DNA of 64,000 bases from Octopus sinensis (Eukaryota). The stretch covers positions 45,198,001 to 45,262,000 of the forward strand of contig NC_043008.1 in assembly GCF_006345805.1 (NCBI RefSeq), written 5' to 3'. The notes under the pieces are model-generated. The model made no database searches, was not told where the DNA came from, and saw only the letters and a program-made list of their open reading frames with translations. Positions 51,791-64,000 of this stretch are shown here, in pieces. Position 1 is the stretch's first letter. Every line of letters starts with the position of its first letter. The translations under genes were made by a program, and so were the position numbers.

Positions 51791-52709
51791 CAAGCACCCA
51801 GCCCCCATCCCTGCTTTTCAATGCTAAACCCGATATAAAACAGTCATCAACACTATAAATAAACCTGTTCAATCTCTACTCTCCTCATCACCCCAAATCC
51901 CAACCCCTAGTTCAAACTTTGATCTCTTACTTGACTATTCTCTCTAAAAACCCTTCACAAATCCTCAAGCTAACCCTAATATAGACTAAACTCTGAAAAC
52001 CAATCCTAACAGCAAACCCACACCAAAATAAGAAAAACCACTTACCTTTGGCCATTTGGGATCTATAATACAAGGCATGATATGCAAACAACAAGCAAAA
52101 TATCAACCACCATTTGAAAGTCAAGTTTTATCTATGTGTCGAATCATGAAATACACTTGTTTAATAAATACAGTTGTCCTTACATTTACACAGTACATTG
52201 CTTCCACAAGTCATCAAACTAATCATTCTCATGCGAAATCAATTGTTTTTATTTATAAATAGAAACAAATTAATTATTGAAATTAATATAATAAATACAA
52301 TTAAAGTGTATGTGTGTCATCATCATTTAACATTCGTTTTTCATGTTGTCATGGGTTGGACTATTTCACACTATCTGAGATGAATTACTACACGTACCTC
52401 TAATGTCTGTTTTCACATGGTTTCTATGTTTGAGAAAAGTTTTGGTAACACTGACACTAGTAAAATTAAAAAGTAAATTTCAAGGATGAGTGGACTGCTA
52501 GTAGTGAGAGAGGTGGCTTCATCCTAACCTGTAGTATGATAGAGAGACAGGCAGAGGTGTGTTGCTGTAGAGAAAGTACATGGCTACCCTGCATATATGT
52601 ATGTATATAGGTAGACATCGATTAGAGCGCTTTCTCATTGCTAATATGTTAACATATGCCTGATGTGTGCTTTAAAAATAAAGTGCTTGCACTGGCACTA
52701 ATTTCTTCA

Positions 52710-52870
52710 GATGATGAAAATCACGGAGAGGATCATAGCCCAACTAATTAGGAAAAGACTTAATCTAGATGAGATGCAATTTGGTTTTGTATCAGGAAGA
52801 AACACCAGTCATGATATTTCTGGTAAGAAACCCCAGGAGAAGTACCTAACCAAGTATAAACCTATGTACT
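52710..52870 (+). pseudogene. RTE RT fragment
   Basis: KITERIIAQLIRKRLNLDEMQFGFVSGRNT, homologous to about 46760-46890 minus. Confidence 0.7.
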
Positions 52871-52944
52871 TGACTTTTGTTGGTATCATAATCATTCAGG
52901 TAATAACAGATAAATATAAAACAGGCAGACCCTAGCAACTCCTC

Positions 52945-54870
52945 TATGCTGATTACAGGATTACAACTAAACACACATATATTACAATTTATTACATTAC
53001 ATTCAATTCGCCATATATTATTCATTTTATTATCCATCATCTTTCCCTTCACATTTCAGGTATACTGAAGACCCTTTACTCATTGCTTCAGACTGCATAA
53101 AATATTGGTGAAAGCAAACAGTTGTCAGACTTATTTATGACAAAAAGCGAGTCAGTATGACCAACGTACCCTGTCCTGCACCTGATTGTGCCAGGAGTTG
53201 GCCTGTAAACAATCCATGGGAGAGAGTACTGACAAGCCTCATCGATCATCTGCAACAATGACACAGAATGTATGCACCTGCCACCTACAACAAATACAAC
53301 CCCCTCCTCCAACTACACTACCATTCCCAGCCACTGAGGAAAAACGTTGTCGCCTGAGGAAGTAGCTGCTACAATACTACAGCTCCAGCACATTCAACGT
53401 CTGCAACCATCGGCAATTCTCCAAGATGTCTGACCAACCGATCCGCTTAATGCTAAACCAGTCGCCCACCATACGCCCATACCAGTCCTGGTTCATTGGC
53501 AAGAGGAATTAAAAGCAGGTCTCGACCGGAATGTTCCACTTGGAGTTATCAAGCCTATTCCCATTGGTACATCTGTCACTTGGTGACAGACAATGGTGGT
53601 ATGTCCTAACAGGAGCATCGAATGGTGCACAGGCACTTAACACTGCCCTATCAGCTATGAGCTGACATTGTACCTTCTTCCACAATTGGGATCACTGCCA
53701 TTGCATTTCCCCATGACAACTGCCGCGCCAAAGTCGGTATTGAAACAATAAAGGGCCTCGTTACAGACAACACTGACACCAATAGCTTCCTTAACACTGA
53801 CAGTTTCCAGTGCACAATGCTACAATAAAGAAATACACCTGACTGGGACAAACACTTGTCCCCAGCCATGTGCATCTTTGGCAGCCCTATACAATACTTT
53901 ATTCCCATCCATCCCGGCAAGTACAAGCTACATTCCACATGGCATGAAACTATGACTTATTGAAAAGAAGACCTGCGTAAACACAACATGAGTGCTACTG
54001 AACGGTTGTCAAAACACACATGCTCACTTCTTTCGAACTATGTCCTAATCCAGAGCCAAGTTTGACCCAATCCTACAAATGGGGGGAAAACTGGTGCCAT
54101 TTAGATGTACGTCATTTCGATCTGTACATGTTGAGAGTGGATGGATCAGGCCAAGTCACACTGTGCAACAAAATTCCTCTGGAAGTATCTACTGCTTCTT
54201 CCCCATGGCCCACTGCTCATGGTGTCTGGACCACATGCGTTCCCTACGCCAACACCAGTGATGAGACTACCTTCTCAACCGACTTTAACAGCACCTCATG
54301 CAGCTGCAACACCAATGCCCACTTCCTGATTCCAAAATTACCATGACCAGAAATGCATCTCACCGCCTACCCACAGAGCCACGCCAACTTACCCCACCTT
54401 TACCACAAGTGGTCAACCCAAACACCCCTTGAAACCCCTGCTTTCCAAAAGTGACCCTTGCCTGATGCAGTTTATCCTCCATCCAGCAATTGTCCTGTTT
54501 GTCGCTCTGCCAGACTCGCAAAGACTGACACAAAAGCCTGATGCACAACTGACACGTTGCTCCTTGATCGTCACACCGTCAATATTGATTAAGGGTCTCT
54601 TGCACTAATTATTATTTTCGTTAATCATTTAATACATATTATTAGTTTTCTTTGCTTCTCTCAAAGGAATTGGGGAGGGCATAGAGGATGACAACTGAAC
54701 ACTCATATATTATCATTTATTACATTACATTCAATTAGCCATACATTATTAGTTTCATTATCCAAATATTTTCCTTCACGTTTCATGTATACCGAGAACC
54801 TTTTTTTTCATTGCTTCAATCAGTGTACATAAAGTGTTTGTGAAAGCAAAGAGTTTTCACACTTATTTAC
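52945..54870 (+). mobile_element. Internally deleted Ty3/Gypsy LTR retrotransposon relic
   Basis: RT-like HWQEELKAGLDRNVPLGVIKPIP; integrase-like RNTPD...LSPAMCIFG and LRVDGSG; diverged direct repeats at about 52975-53140 and 54703-54870; purine tract ggggaggg near 54672. Confidence 0.7.
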
Positions 54871-55254
54871 TAATGAGCTTCTTCTTATAGCTAAATCACT
54901 ACCAGAACTAGAGAACAAATTTTGCGTACGGAAGCAAGATCTAGAATTGAAAGGTCACAGAATTAACCTACCCAACCCTAACACAAAGTCTTAGTAAGTA
55001 GGAAAACAGATACATGGCCATCCTCAATATGAAGGAAACAGGTAGGTAGATGTACTCTGTATAACACATAATAGGTGTAGCAATATGAGAGGAAGGTAAA
55101 CTGGGAAAATATTTTTTGTATGTGGAAGGTGCATAATGTACAGTAAAAACTAAAAATGCACAGAAAATGGGCTTCATCAAATGCCAGAGGAGTACGATAA
55201 AGATTGTTGAGCAACAAAGTCAGTAGCAGAAGTGGATGAACCAAGAGTGTGGCT

Positions 55255-55712
55255 GCAAGAATAAAAATAGGCTGAGCAAATTCAGAGAGCTCTTTCCTCT
55301 GTTTGGTAACTAAGGGTCTCTCCTTCAGAGTGAAAGCCAGATTTATTATACCTGTGCAGACAACTATGCTACATGGCAGAAGAAGTAGACATAAGAAGGC
55401 ATTGGACAAGGTGGTAATGCATGATCTTTGACTGTTGGAACTTATAAAGGCAATGACTAATGACTGACACCTTTCATGACATGCTGTGCCTTAGAAGACA
55501 ATATATTGTAATTAATTTCCCATCAATTAATCTTTTTCACAACCCCTGCCCACAACACTCATGGAGTGCTTGATGTTAAGAAGGGCATCCAGCCATAGAA
55601 ACAATGACAAATCAAGACTGGAGTCTGCTGCAGACCCTCAGCTTACCAGCCCTGATGAAACTGTCCAACCCAAGCCAGCATAGATAATGGACATTAAATG
55701 ATGATGATGATG
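55255..55712 (+). mobile_element. Old RTE 3' fragment with (GAT)n tail
   Basis: Homologous to 45850-46010 minus and to the RTE 3' terminus. Confidence 0.7.
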
Positions 55713-56405
55713 AGGACAATTCTTTTTGTAAAACTTTTGCATTTTATGCTGAACATCTAGTTTAAAGTTAATTTTATACATTGAATTTTCATTTCCAGTG
55801 AAATCAATTTTAATAATTTAAATTCAAAAATATTTAACAAAATATAATGAGAAACTGAAGCAAGTACTACTTCTATATTTGTAAAAACAAAAAGAAACAA
55901 ATAGAGGAAAATGAGCAAAATTGTGTAAAAGTGAACTAAGAAACAGAATATTGCATAAACACAAAAAAAAGAAACTATTTCAGAGGGAATTAAACTGAAA
56001 CAGATATCAACATGACACACACAACCCATGCTAGTATGGATAAAATGATTAGATATTTCTGTCGAGAGAAAATTCAATGACAATCTTATGCAACCAACAA
56101 TAACCTCAAACTTATCAGATTATTGTAGATGAGCAACAACTCAAGAAAACCTGTCAAAATTCTATGTTCTTACAATGAATTAATTGCAAGTATTTAAGTA
56201 TGTAGACAACATAATTTCATGTTTTATATGCATCAATACATGTGTAAAAATAAGTCTCATACCTACGTTCATTTTTCCATCCTAGCATGAGTTTGAAAAA
56301 TATAAGATTTAATAGTTGGGTAACGTTGTCGTAGCTAATGCTAATTTTCTACTAAAGGTTTTCTTTTTCTTTCAAAGTGCAGTTGTAACAAATGATACAT
56401 TTGTA

Positions 56406-57613
56406 CACAAACATGACAAAAGTAAATAGATACCGATTAACACATTGTTTTATGGTTATTATAACTTGAAGAGGTTTATATTCTTTTTTTAATTGACATT
56501 TATATGTTTCAGGTTCTATATGTAACTGTTTAATCATGCCATGTACAAAAGAAGCCTTAAAAATGTCCAATTTACAAAGAGGCCATATGCTGCGCCTATT
56601 TCAAGGCTGACTTAGCCTAAAACCACAGAAAACATTGTGATTCCACTTTCTACAGTAAATAGAGTAATTTTTCAATTCACTAAACGAGAAAGTAGTCCAT
56701 ATCACCTTACCCAGGTAGACTAAGGCCCTCTGACAGAACACTTTGCATTCTTAAGAGAAGTGTGTAAGATAATCCTCATTGCAAGGCCTCCAATATAGCA
56801 GAATAAGTTGATGTCAGTCCCAGAATAGCTGTCAGTTATCTCCGCAAAATTGGCTATTATGGCAGAGCAGCAAGAAAGAAGAGACTGCTTCCACGAGCCA
56901 ATATCAAATGGAGAAAAGATTGGACAAGTGAGATGGTAGAGAGGTCACTAGCACTTTGGGACACTGTCAAATTCTCTGATGAATCCAGATTTGCTGTATT
57001 TTCTGACACTGGTCGAATGTGGGTCTGGAGAATCAGTCACCAATATTTTTACGTGAATATATTGCAGCCAACAATGAAACATGTGATGGTCTGGAGAGCA
57101 GTTTGGAGCAATAGTCAATCAGAAATGGTGGAATGTGAGGGATACATAAACTCAGATAAATGTGTCCATATTATAGAAAAATCTTCTTCCTATAACACCC
57201 AGGGGTAAAATGATTAAATAACACTATTTATGGAAGATAGGGCTTTCTTGCACAACTAAAAGACCCAAGATTGGTTGGAAGAGAATGGCATTAAAAAGCT
57301 TCCATAGCTAAGCCAATCACCAGATATGAACCCTACTGAACACCTCTGAGGCATGATGGATGGGATACTTCCTAAAAAGAAAAAGAAAGCATCCTTAAAG
57401 CCAGATCTTTTGATATTACTGCAAGAAACTTGGCAAGAAAATCATGAAGAGAATATTCATCAGATCAGTAGCATGCCTGCTAGGGTCCTTGCATTCAAAA
57501 ATGCAAGGAGCCTGTCTACTAAATATTAGATATTCACATTATAATAATTAATAAATAATTTAAATAAATTTTAACAATTATAAGGATGTCTATTTAATTC
57601 TGTCATGTCTATG
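56406..57613 (+). mobile_element. Degenerate Tc1 DNA transposon
   Basis: FSDESRF, SPDMNPTEHL, STKY*; decayed about 30-bp TIRs; TA at 56404-56405 and 57614-57615. Confidence 0.8.
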
Positions 57614-57699
57614 TAGTTTTTGAAGCAAAACACAATGGAAACATTAATATTAAGACCTTTTCAAAAATCTCTCTAAAGCTTTTCATGCACACTAAGATT

Positions 57700-58420
57700 T
57701 TATTGACATTCATTCAAATTCACTCATTCCAACATGAAACAATTTTTTCCATCAAAAACTTAGTGATGTTTTCACTGTCTCTAATTTGATCTAGATCATC
57801 TAAGTGTCTCTAATGACTTTCATGCCTTAATTTCAATTTGTTGCCTAGATTTTTCCTCAGGGCCAACTCACCAAACAGAAATTAATGAGAGACCTAATTG
57901 CCTTTCATCTTGATCACATAAATACTCCCACATATTTGGTGCTCAAATACAGCATGCTCCACACTAGGAGATTGACAGTTACCCAGTATATGCAAAAATC
58001 GAACACATTCGCAATACTAAACAAGCCATTACTATTGTATTTTCTGGCTTCATGTTTCCCAATTATATCCCAAATTTTTTTATCCCTGCAAATGCTTTCA
58101 TTGAAATCACCAAATATGAAGATTTTATAAGCAGAAAGAACACTGCACAGAAGCTTTTTTCATGAAAGATAAAATATTAGTCTTTTTTTTCTCTTCAGAG
58201 GAACACATGGTTGGAGGGTAGACACTTACTAAGGTAACAAATCTCTTGTTTGACAATGGCAATCTCACTGACATCAAGGTAATCAGTAAATCCAAAGAGT
58301 TCATAATCTTAGATGCCAATATTTCACAAACATTCAATGGTCTGTACTCTCTTGCAGTAGCAAGATGACACATAGGCCCAGGCTGCAATACTGTGGGACA
58401 CCTTCCAAGCCAGACCTTTC
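57700..58420 (-). pseudogene. Degenerate RTE-BovB-like endonuclease
   Basis: VRLPLSNKRFVTLVSVYPPTM. Confidence 0.6.
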
Positions 58421-59229
58421 ACTATCCATTCCACATCCCTTCTTGACATTACACTAAATTATTTTGATTTTTCAATGAGTATTTTGCACTTTTTGTCAAC
58501 AGTTACTTATAATATACATCACACACATGCAATAAACTTCATATAGTTCCCATCAACCACTTTTACTAAAAATGCATTTGTCGGTCCATACCTATAATCG
58601 AATACTCTTGCCCAAAATGCCACACAGTAGAACTAGACCCTAAACCATGGTATTGGGAAACAAACATATTTTACATTTGCAAAAATATATGTCTTATGGA
58701 AATTGTTCAATATACACAGAGAAACAGTTGTTCAATTTACAAACAGCTATGGTTAACTAACAGAAAACTTAAATTAACAAAAAATTTATGTACTTACAGT
58801 TGAAGCTTCGCATGGGGCTACTTGTTTGGTAAAATCCACGTGTATATTCCACATGTATAAAGAAAAGTCTACATGTATAAACTGTTGTGGTGAGAGTCAT
58901 TGGCACCCCTATGGGATTGGATGAATGGACTAGCAAAACTCTTATAACAAAAACTAGCATATTGGTTGAGACAAAGAGAGTCATAAGAGTCATTGGGAGT
59001 TCGTTCATGGAAGTTGTTGACGTTGTTCAGAGTTTGTATTTATTGGAGTAATCTGAAGTAGGTTGTGTGAAGACAGTTGTGTCTATCCCCGCTTCATGAA
59101 ATTTGTATATCCAACATATAGAAGGATATAAGATAAACAAAAGTCTGCATGTAAACCCATAAGTGTAATCATTCATTTTTTAACCCTGAAAGTAAAAAAG
59201 AAAAACATCCTAATAGTAGCAAAAGGAAA

Positions 59230-60985
59230 ATTTTGGCTTTAATAGAGTTATCTGCAGATTTACGTGATAGTACTGAAGACCTCCTTAGCAGGATCCGCGA
59301 ATGCAACAACACGTGTGACCTCAGAGACCACATTGTAGGTATCATGGATGTGGTATCACTATATCCTTCCATTGATATAGACTTTGCTGTGGAAAAATGT
59401 ATAAAGATAATTAGTGAGAGCAATATGATATTTAAAAATGTGGACATATATGAACTAGGGCTCTTCCTGGCTCTGACTTGTACCAATGAGTATCTGTCAC
59501 ACAATAATCTTCTATATGCTTGTCCTACCTGTAACAAACGAGGAAGACCACCTACCATTACCTCAGCATACAAAAAGACCCACTGTGAACGCTGACAGGG
59601 TTGGATGAGGCAGACTACCCACCTTCAGATCCACACGACATCAGAACTACTATTGCACATGCTATCGGTGTCAGCCTTAGAACTATACTTAAAACCCATA
59701 TTTTTAAGTTTAACAAAAAGCTGTATAAACAGACGAAAGTGGTGCTATTGGAGTAGGGATCGTCGGTGATGTTGCAAACCTCTTCATTGTATGGTGGGAC
59801 AGACAGTTTAAACAGTGCCTAGCGACCTGTAACAGCCACTTAGCTGTTTACTCTCGATGCATTGACGACATTAACATTGTTGTGAAATGTAATAATAATA
59901 CAGACACAGAGATATGAAGAACAGGTGATGACAGCTATACAACACATAGCTGACTCTATCCATAGCAGTATAAAAGTTACCGTAGACTGCCCTTCTAAAC
60001 ACCCCAGTAACAGATTACCTGTCCTAGATACTGAGCTGTGGATAGAAAATACTATGGTTAACGGAACTGTTAAATCCTGTTTATTCCACTCACACTCTTG
60101 TAAACCTATGGCTAATCCACTGGTAATCCGTAGTAACTCAACGATGGCGAGTACTAACAAGCTCAACATCCTGGTGGCAGACTTAGTTAGATTAATGAGG
60201 AATGTATATCTCCACTATGCCAACCACAAGAACGACAACACATCCAGCACTTTATATTCCGAATGCAACGCCCCGGATACACACAATATGACAGAATCAG
60301 AGTGTACAAAGGAACAAAAACAAGATTCAAACACATTCTAAGTGATGACGAAAACAGTATATGGTTCCTATACCGCAACAAGTTCTGAAATAGGTTAGAG
60401 AGGGACACCAAGAAAAGAAATAAGACCAATACTTGGTATAACAAGAGATTTCATAGTGTAATGTTTGTTGATGCCACACCTAAGAACGAATTATGTAAGG
60501 CATTCAAGGAAATCCTGCACATAACTGGCCTTAAGATCAAGGTTGTAGAAAAGACAGGTAGGACTATCAAATCTGTATTGTGTAGATCATATCCTTTCGA
60601 TAGATTCCCATGTCAAAATAATTGTGCAGTATGTTCCACAAACCCACATGTGAACTGTAAAACCAAGAACATTGTGCCAAGAAGGAGCTTACGAGACTAA
60701 CCCAGAGTCATACATAGGTGAAACTTCTAGGAGTATCAATGATAGGTTCAAAGAACACCTGGACAACTACATTGAAAAGAAACCAAACTCCATCTTCTAT
60801 CAGCATGCTGTAGACTGCCACAAGGGCTCCTTAGGGAGACTTAAGTTAAACATCTTATCCACACATCCCACTGATGCAATGCTGAGACAGGTCACTAAAT
60901 CTGTTTGTATACAAGAATACAAACCCACTCTCAACCGAAAATCCGAATGGGGTAACATCCAGATTCCACTCAGGATGACCATTCT
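59230..60985 (+). mobile_element. Penelope-like element (RT plus GIY-YIG), disrupted
   Basis: MDVVSLYPSI, CIDDI, LPVLDTELW; YIGETSRSINDRFKEHL, KPTLNRKSEWG. Confidence 0.85.
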
Positions 60986-60991
60986 ATAACC

Positions 60992-61047
<56 letters not shown>

Positions 61048-61353
61048 CATGTAGTAATCCATGCATAAATGTTGAAATGCACGGTACTAAAATACATATA
61101 TGCAGTTATATCTAACCGTACGAGCGTACATTGTTTGATATGTATGTACATATGTGTAGATGTATATAAGTGTATGCGTGTGTGTATGTGCTGTGTGTTA
61201 TGTATATTAATGTATATGTACATGCATGCACATATGAGCATGTGTAAATATACATTTGTATTATATATGCATGCATGTAAAAAATAAAAAATATAATAAA
61301 ATAAAACAAGTTTGAATTTTAACCATTGTCCTTGGAAAAATTGTCATATATAT

Positions 61354-62542
61354 GTTTACGAACAGCCATGCTACACGGCAGTGAAACATGGGCTGTGACT
61401 GCCGATGACATACGTAAGCTCGCACGGAATGAAGCCAGTATGACCTGAAGGATGTGTAATGTCAGTGTGCATACTCAACAGAGTGTAAGTACTTTGAGAG
61501 AAAAGTTGGACCTAAGAAGCATCAGTTGTGGTGTGCAAGAGAGACGTTTGCACTGGTATGGTCATGTGGCGAGAATGGATGAAGATAGGTGTGTGAGAAA
61601 GTGCCAATCCCTAGCAGTTGAGGGAACCCGTGGAAGAGGTAGACCCAGGAAAACCTGGGACGAAGTGGTGAAGCACGACCTTCGGACGTTAGGTCTCACC
61701 ATGGAAATGACTAGAGACCGAGACCTATGGAAGTAATGGATGAGGATAGCTGCGTGAAAAAGTGCCACACCCTAGCGGTTGAGGGAACCTGTGTAAGAGG
61801 TAGACCCAGGAAGACCTGGGATGAAGTGGTGAAGCACAACCTTCAGACATTAGGCCTCACCAAGGAAATGACTAGCAACCGAGACTTTTGGAAATATGCT
61901 GTGCTCGAGAAGACGCGGCAAGTCAAATGAGACCATAACCTGTGGCCTATGTCAGGAGCGTAACCAGACCGCCTATGCGTACCTTTTCCTTCTTTGGTCA
62001 CTAAACTCTGCTTGCGAAGACCTGTTGAGGCAAGTGAAATCAAAATCAATTCAATGACTGGCATTCGTGCTAGCGGGGTGCAAAGAGCACCATACAGGTG
62101 TTATCGTTGACAGAGCGGCTATTCGAGTATGATCGTTACCAGTGTCGCCTTACTAGCACTTATGCCTGTACTAGTAGGGTGCCAAGAGCACCATCTGAGC
62201 ATCATCGTTGCCAGAGCAGCCAACTAGCTTCCATGCCCGTGGTACGTAAAAGGGCACCATTCGAGCGTGATCATTACCAACGTCGCTTCACTGGCACCTG
62301 TGCCAGTGACACATGTAAAAAGATTCGATCAAGGTCGTTGCCAGTACTGCCTGACTGGCCCCCATGCCAGTGGTACATAAAAAGCACCCACTACACTCTC
62401 GGAGTGGTTGGTGTTAGGAAGGGCATCCAGTTGTAGAAACTCTGCCGGATCAAGATTGGAACCTGGTGCAGCCATCAGTCAAAATCGTCCAACCCATGCT
62501 AGCATGGAAAGCAGACGTTAAACGATGATGATGATGATGATG
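61354..62542 (+). mobile_element. RTE 3' fragment with internal 161-bp duplication and (GAT)n tail
   Basis: GRGRPRKTWDEVVKH encoded twice; homologous to 44871-45900 minus. Confidence 0.85.
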
Positions 62543-62557
62543 TATGTGTATTTGTGT

Positions 62558-63429
62558 AAAGTTAATAGTCTATAGATGTGCACAGAAACTGGGTGCAAGC
62601 ATGCATATACGCATGTGTAAACATTGTGTTGTGCAGCAAAAGGAACAAACAGTACAAAATGTGTAACGAAAAGTGACAAAACCTGATTGGTAATGTCCTG
62701 TGTGAAAAGTCTATGCTGAAAAGTGAGAAAAGGTTAGTTCTCTTGGATGGGTAGCTGTCCTAAGTGTTGCATTTATGTATGGCAACTGTTTCCCTTGTGG
62801 ATCTGTGCATCGGGTTGCAGTACATGTGGAATGTAATTGGTGTGTGTCCATTGAGTCGGCGACTTCATGTTGTGTTGGGCGTGTGACGATGGAACTGAAA
62901 ACTATGCGTCGTGAAAGTTTGTGTCCTATAATTCTTGTTGATGCGACTGGCACGGACTGTAATTGTTTTCAAGAGTTCATGCGATGCTGAAGCAGTAAGT
63001 CTTTGAAGTCGAGCTCACCAAATGTAATGGATAAGGTAACGAAGACTGCAGTTGTGGCTCGGGGGTCAGCAACTGTGGCAGGGTTGTTGTGGGTAACCAA
63101 TTGTATCGTTGTGGTTGATGTATTCTAATAACGTCGGTCTGTCACCAATTGTCGATGCCCGATGCTGACAATAGAGAATGTGAAGGTGGCATTGTCACTT
63201 CTTCATTCCGGCCGACTGTAGAAAAAGAGGTATATCACTGTGACACCTATTGTTTTCGTGTGGTGTCTGTGTAGACGCGGAAAAGTTTTAAGTCAAATGG
63301 AAAACACATCAATTGACATAGCAAAGCCATGTGATGAAATTAACTCAAAGAACAATGCAATACATATGTACAACTAGCTCTAGCATGCTTGCACCCAGTT
63401 TCTGTGCACATCTATAGACTATTAACTTT
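62558..63429. repeat. 872-bp segment bounded by perfect 47-bp inverted repeats
   Basis: 62558-62604 is the exact reverse complement of 63383-63429. Confidence 0.85.
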
Positions 63430-63745
63430 TTTTTTTCCCTTTGCATGCAACTCTTTTCTCATGAGAAGGATATCTCGGTACTACTAGCGAAAACTGGACC
63501 CGGTGCGTAAGTAGTTGATCCTACAACGACTTGCGCGTATGCAAATGAGTTGATTTTACAGAATAAAATAAAAGAATTTTTTAAAGAAAGTAAATAAATT
63601 ATTTCTTAGAACAATGTTTATGATTTTTTTTACACAAATCAAATAAAATGTGTGATATATTCTTTTACTAGATTTTAGTTTTTGGACAGCATCCATAGTA
63701 GGTACATCATTCAGGTGTATATATATATATATATATATGTATGTA

Positions 63746-63776
<31 letters not shown>

Positions 63777-64000
63777 GTGCATATGTGTGTGTATATGTGT
63801 ATATACATGTGTGTGTATGTGAGTATATATATATGTTCGTTACGTAAATTACTCGCTTCTCCCCCTTCTGCTTAAATTCTGACCGTCCCTAAATTCCGAC
63901 TGACCCTTGTTCGCTGTGCGCCCACCCAAACCCACCCCCACCACCAATACCAGATATCTCTCTATTCTCTCCCCTTCCCCTCCCTTGTCCCTATGAAACG

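Noticed and set aside
62711-62990. ORFs between the 47-bp inverted repeats as a transposase
   Set aside because: Short, with no DDE or other recognisable motif

Overview
A repeat-saturated, AT-rich eukaryotic window. The SINE types and microsatellite load suggest a cephalopod such as Octopus; this is inference. I found no supportable host gene, rRNA, true tRNA or CRISPR array. Content: three tRNA-derived SINE families; LINEs (a full-length Tx1/L1 with an 18-bp TSD, plus CR1, RTE and BovB-like pieces); Penelope and Gypsy remnants; Tc1, mariner, hAT and pogo relics; three non-autonomous Helitrons; foldback elements; kb-scale (TA)n arrays; and one 100-N gap. Main result: three diverged copies (5.0/10.8 kb, 39.3 kb, 49.1 kb) of a 358-360 nt non-coding monomer. 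Each carries a type I hammerhead-ribozyme fold with a non-canonical U3 core (U3-A8 or U3-G8), a palindromic helix III and covarying stems. Each is present as one monomer plus a terminal redundancy that ends at nearly the same position. This matches a non-LTR retrozyme copied from a circular or multimeric RNA. The full-length Tx1 LINE sits inside one copy, just upstream of its ribozyme. All coordinates and alignments were done by eye; ribozyme activity and novelty are untested.
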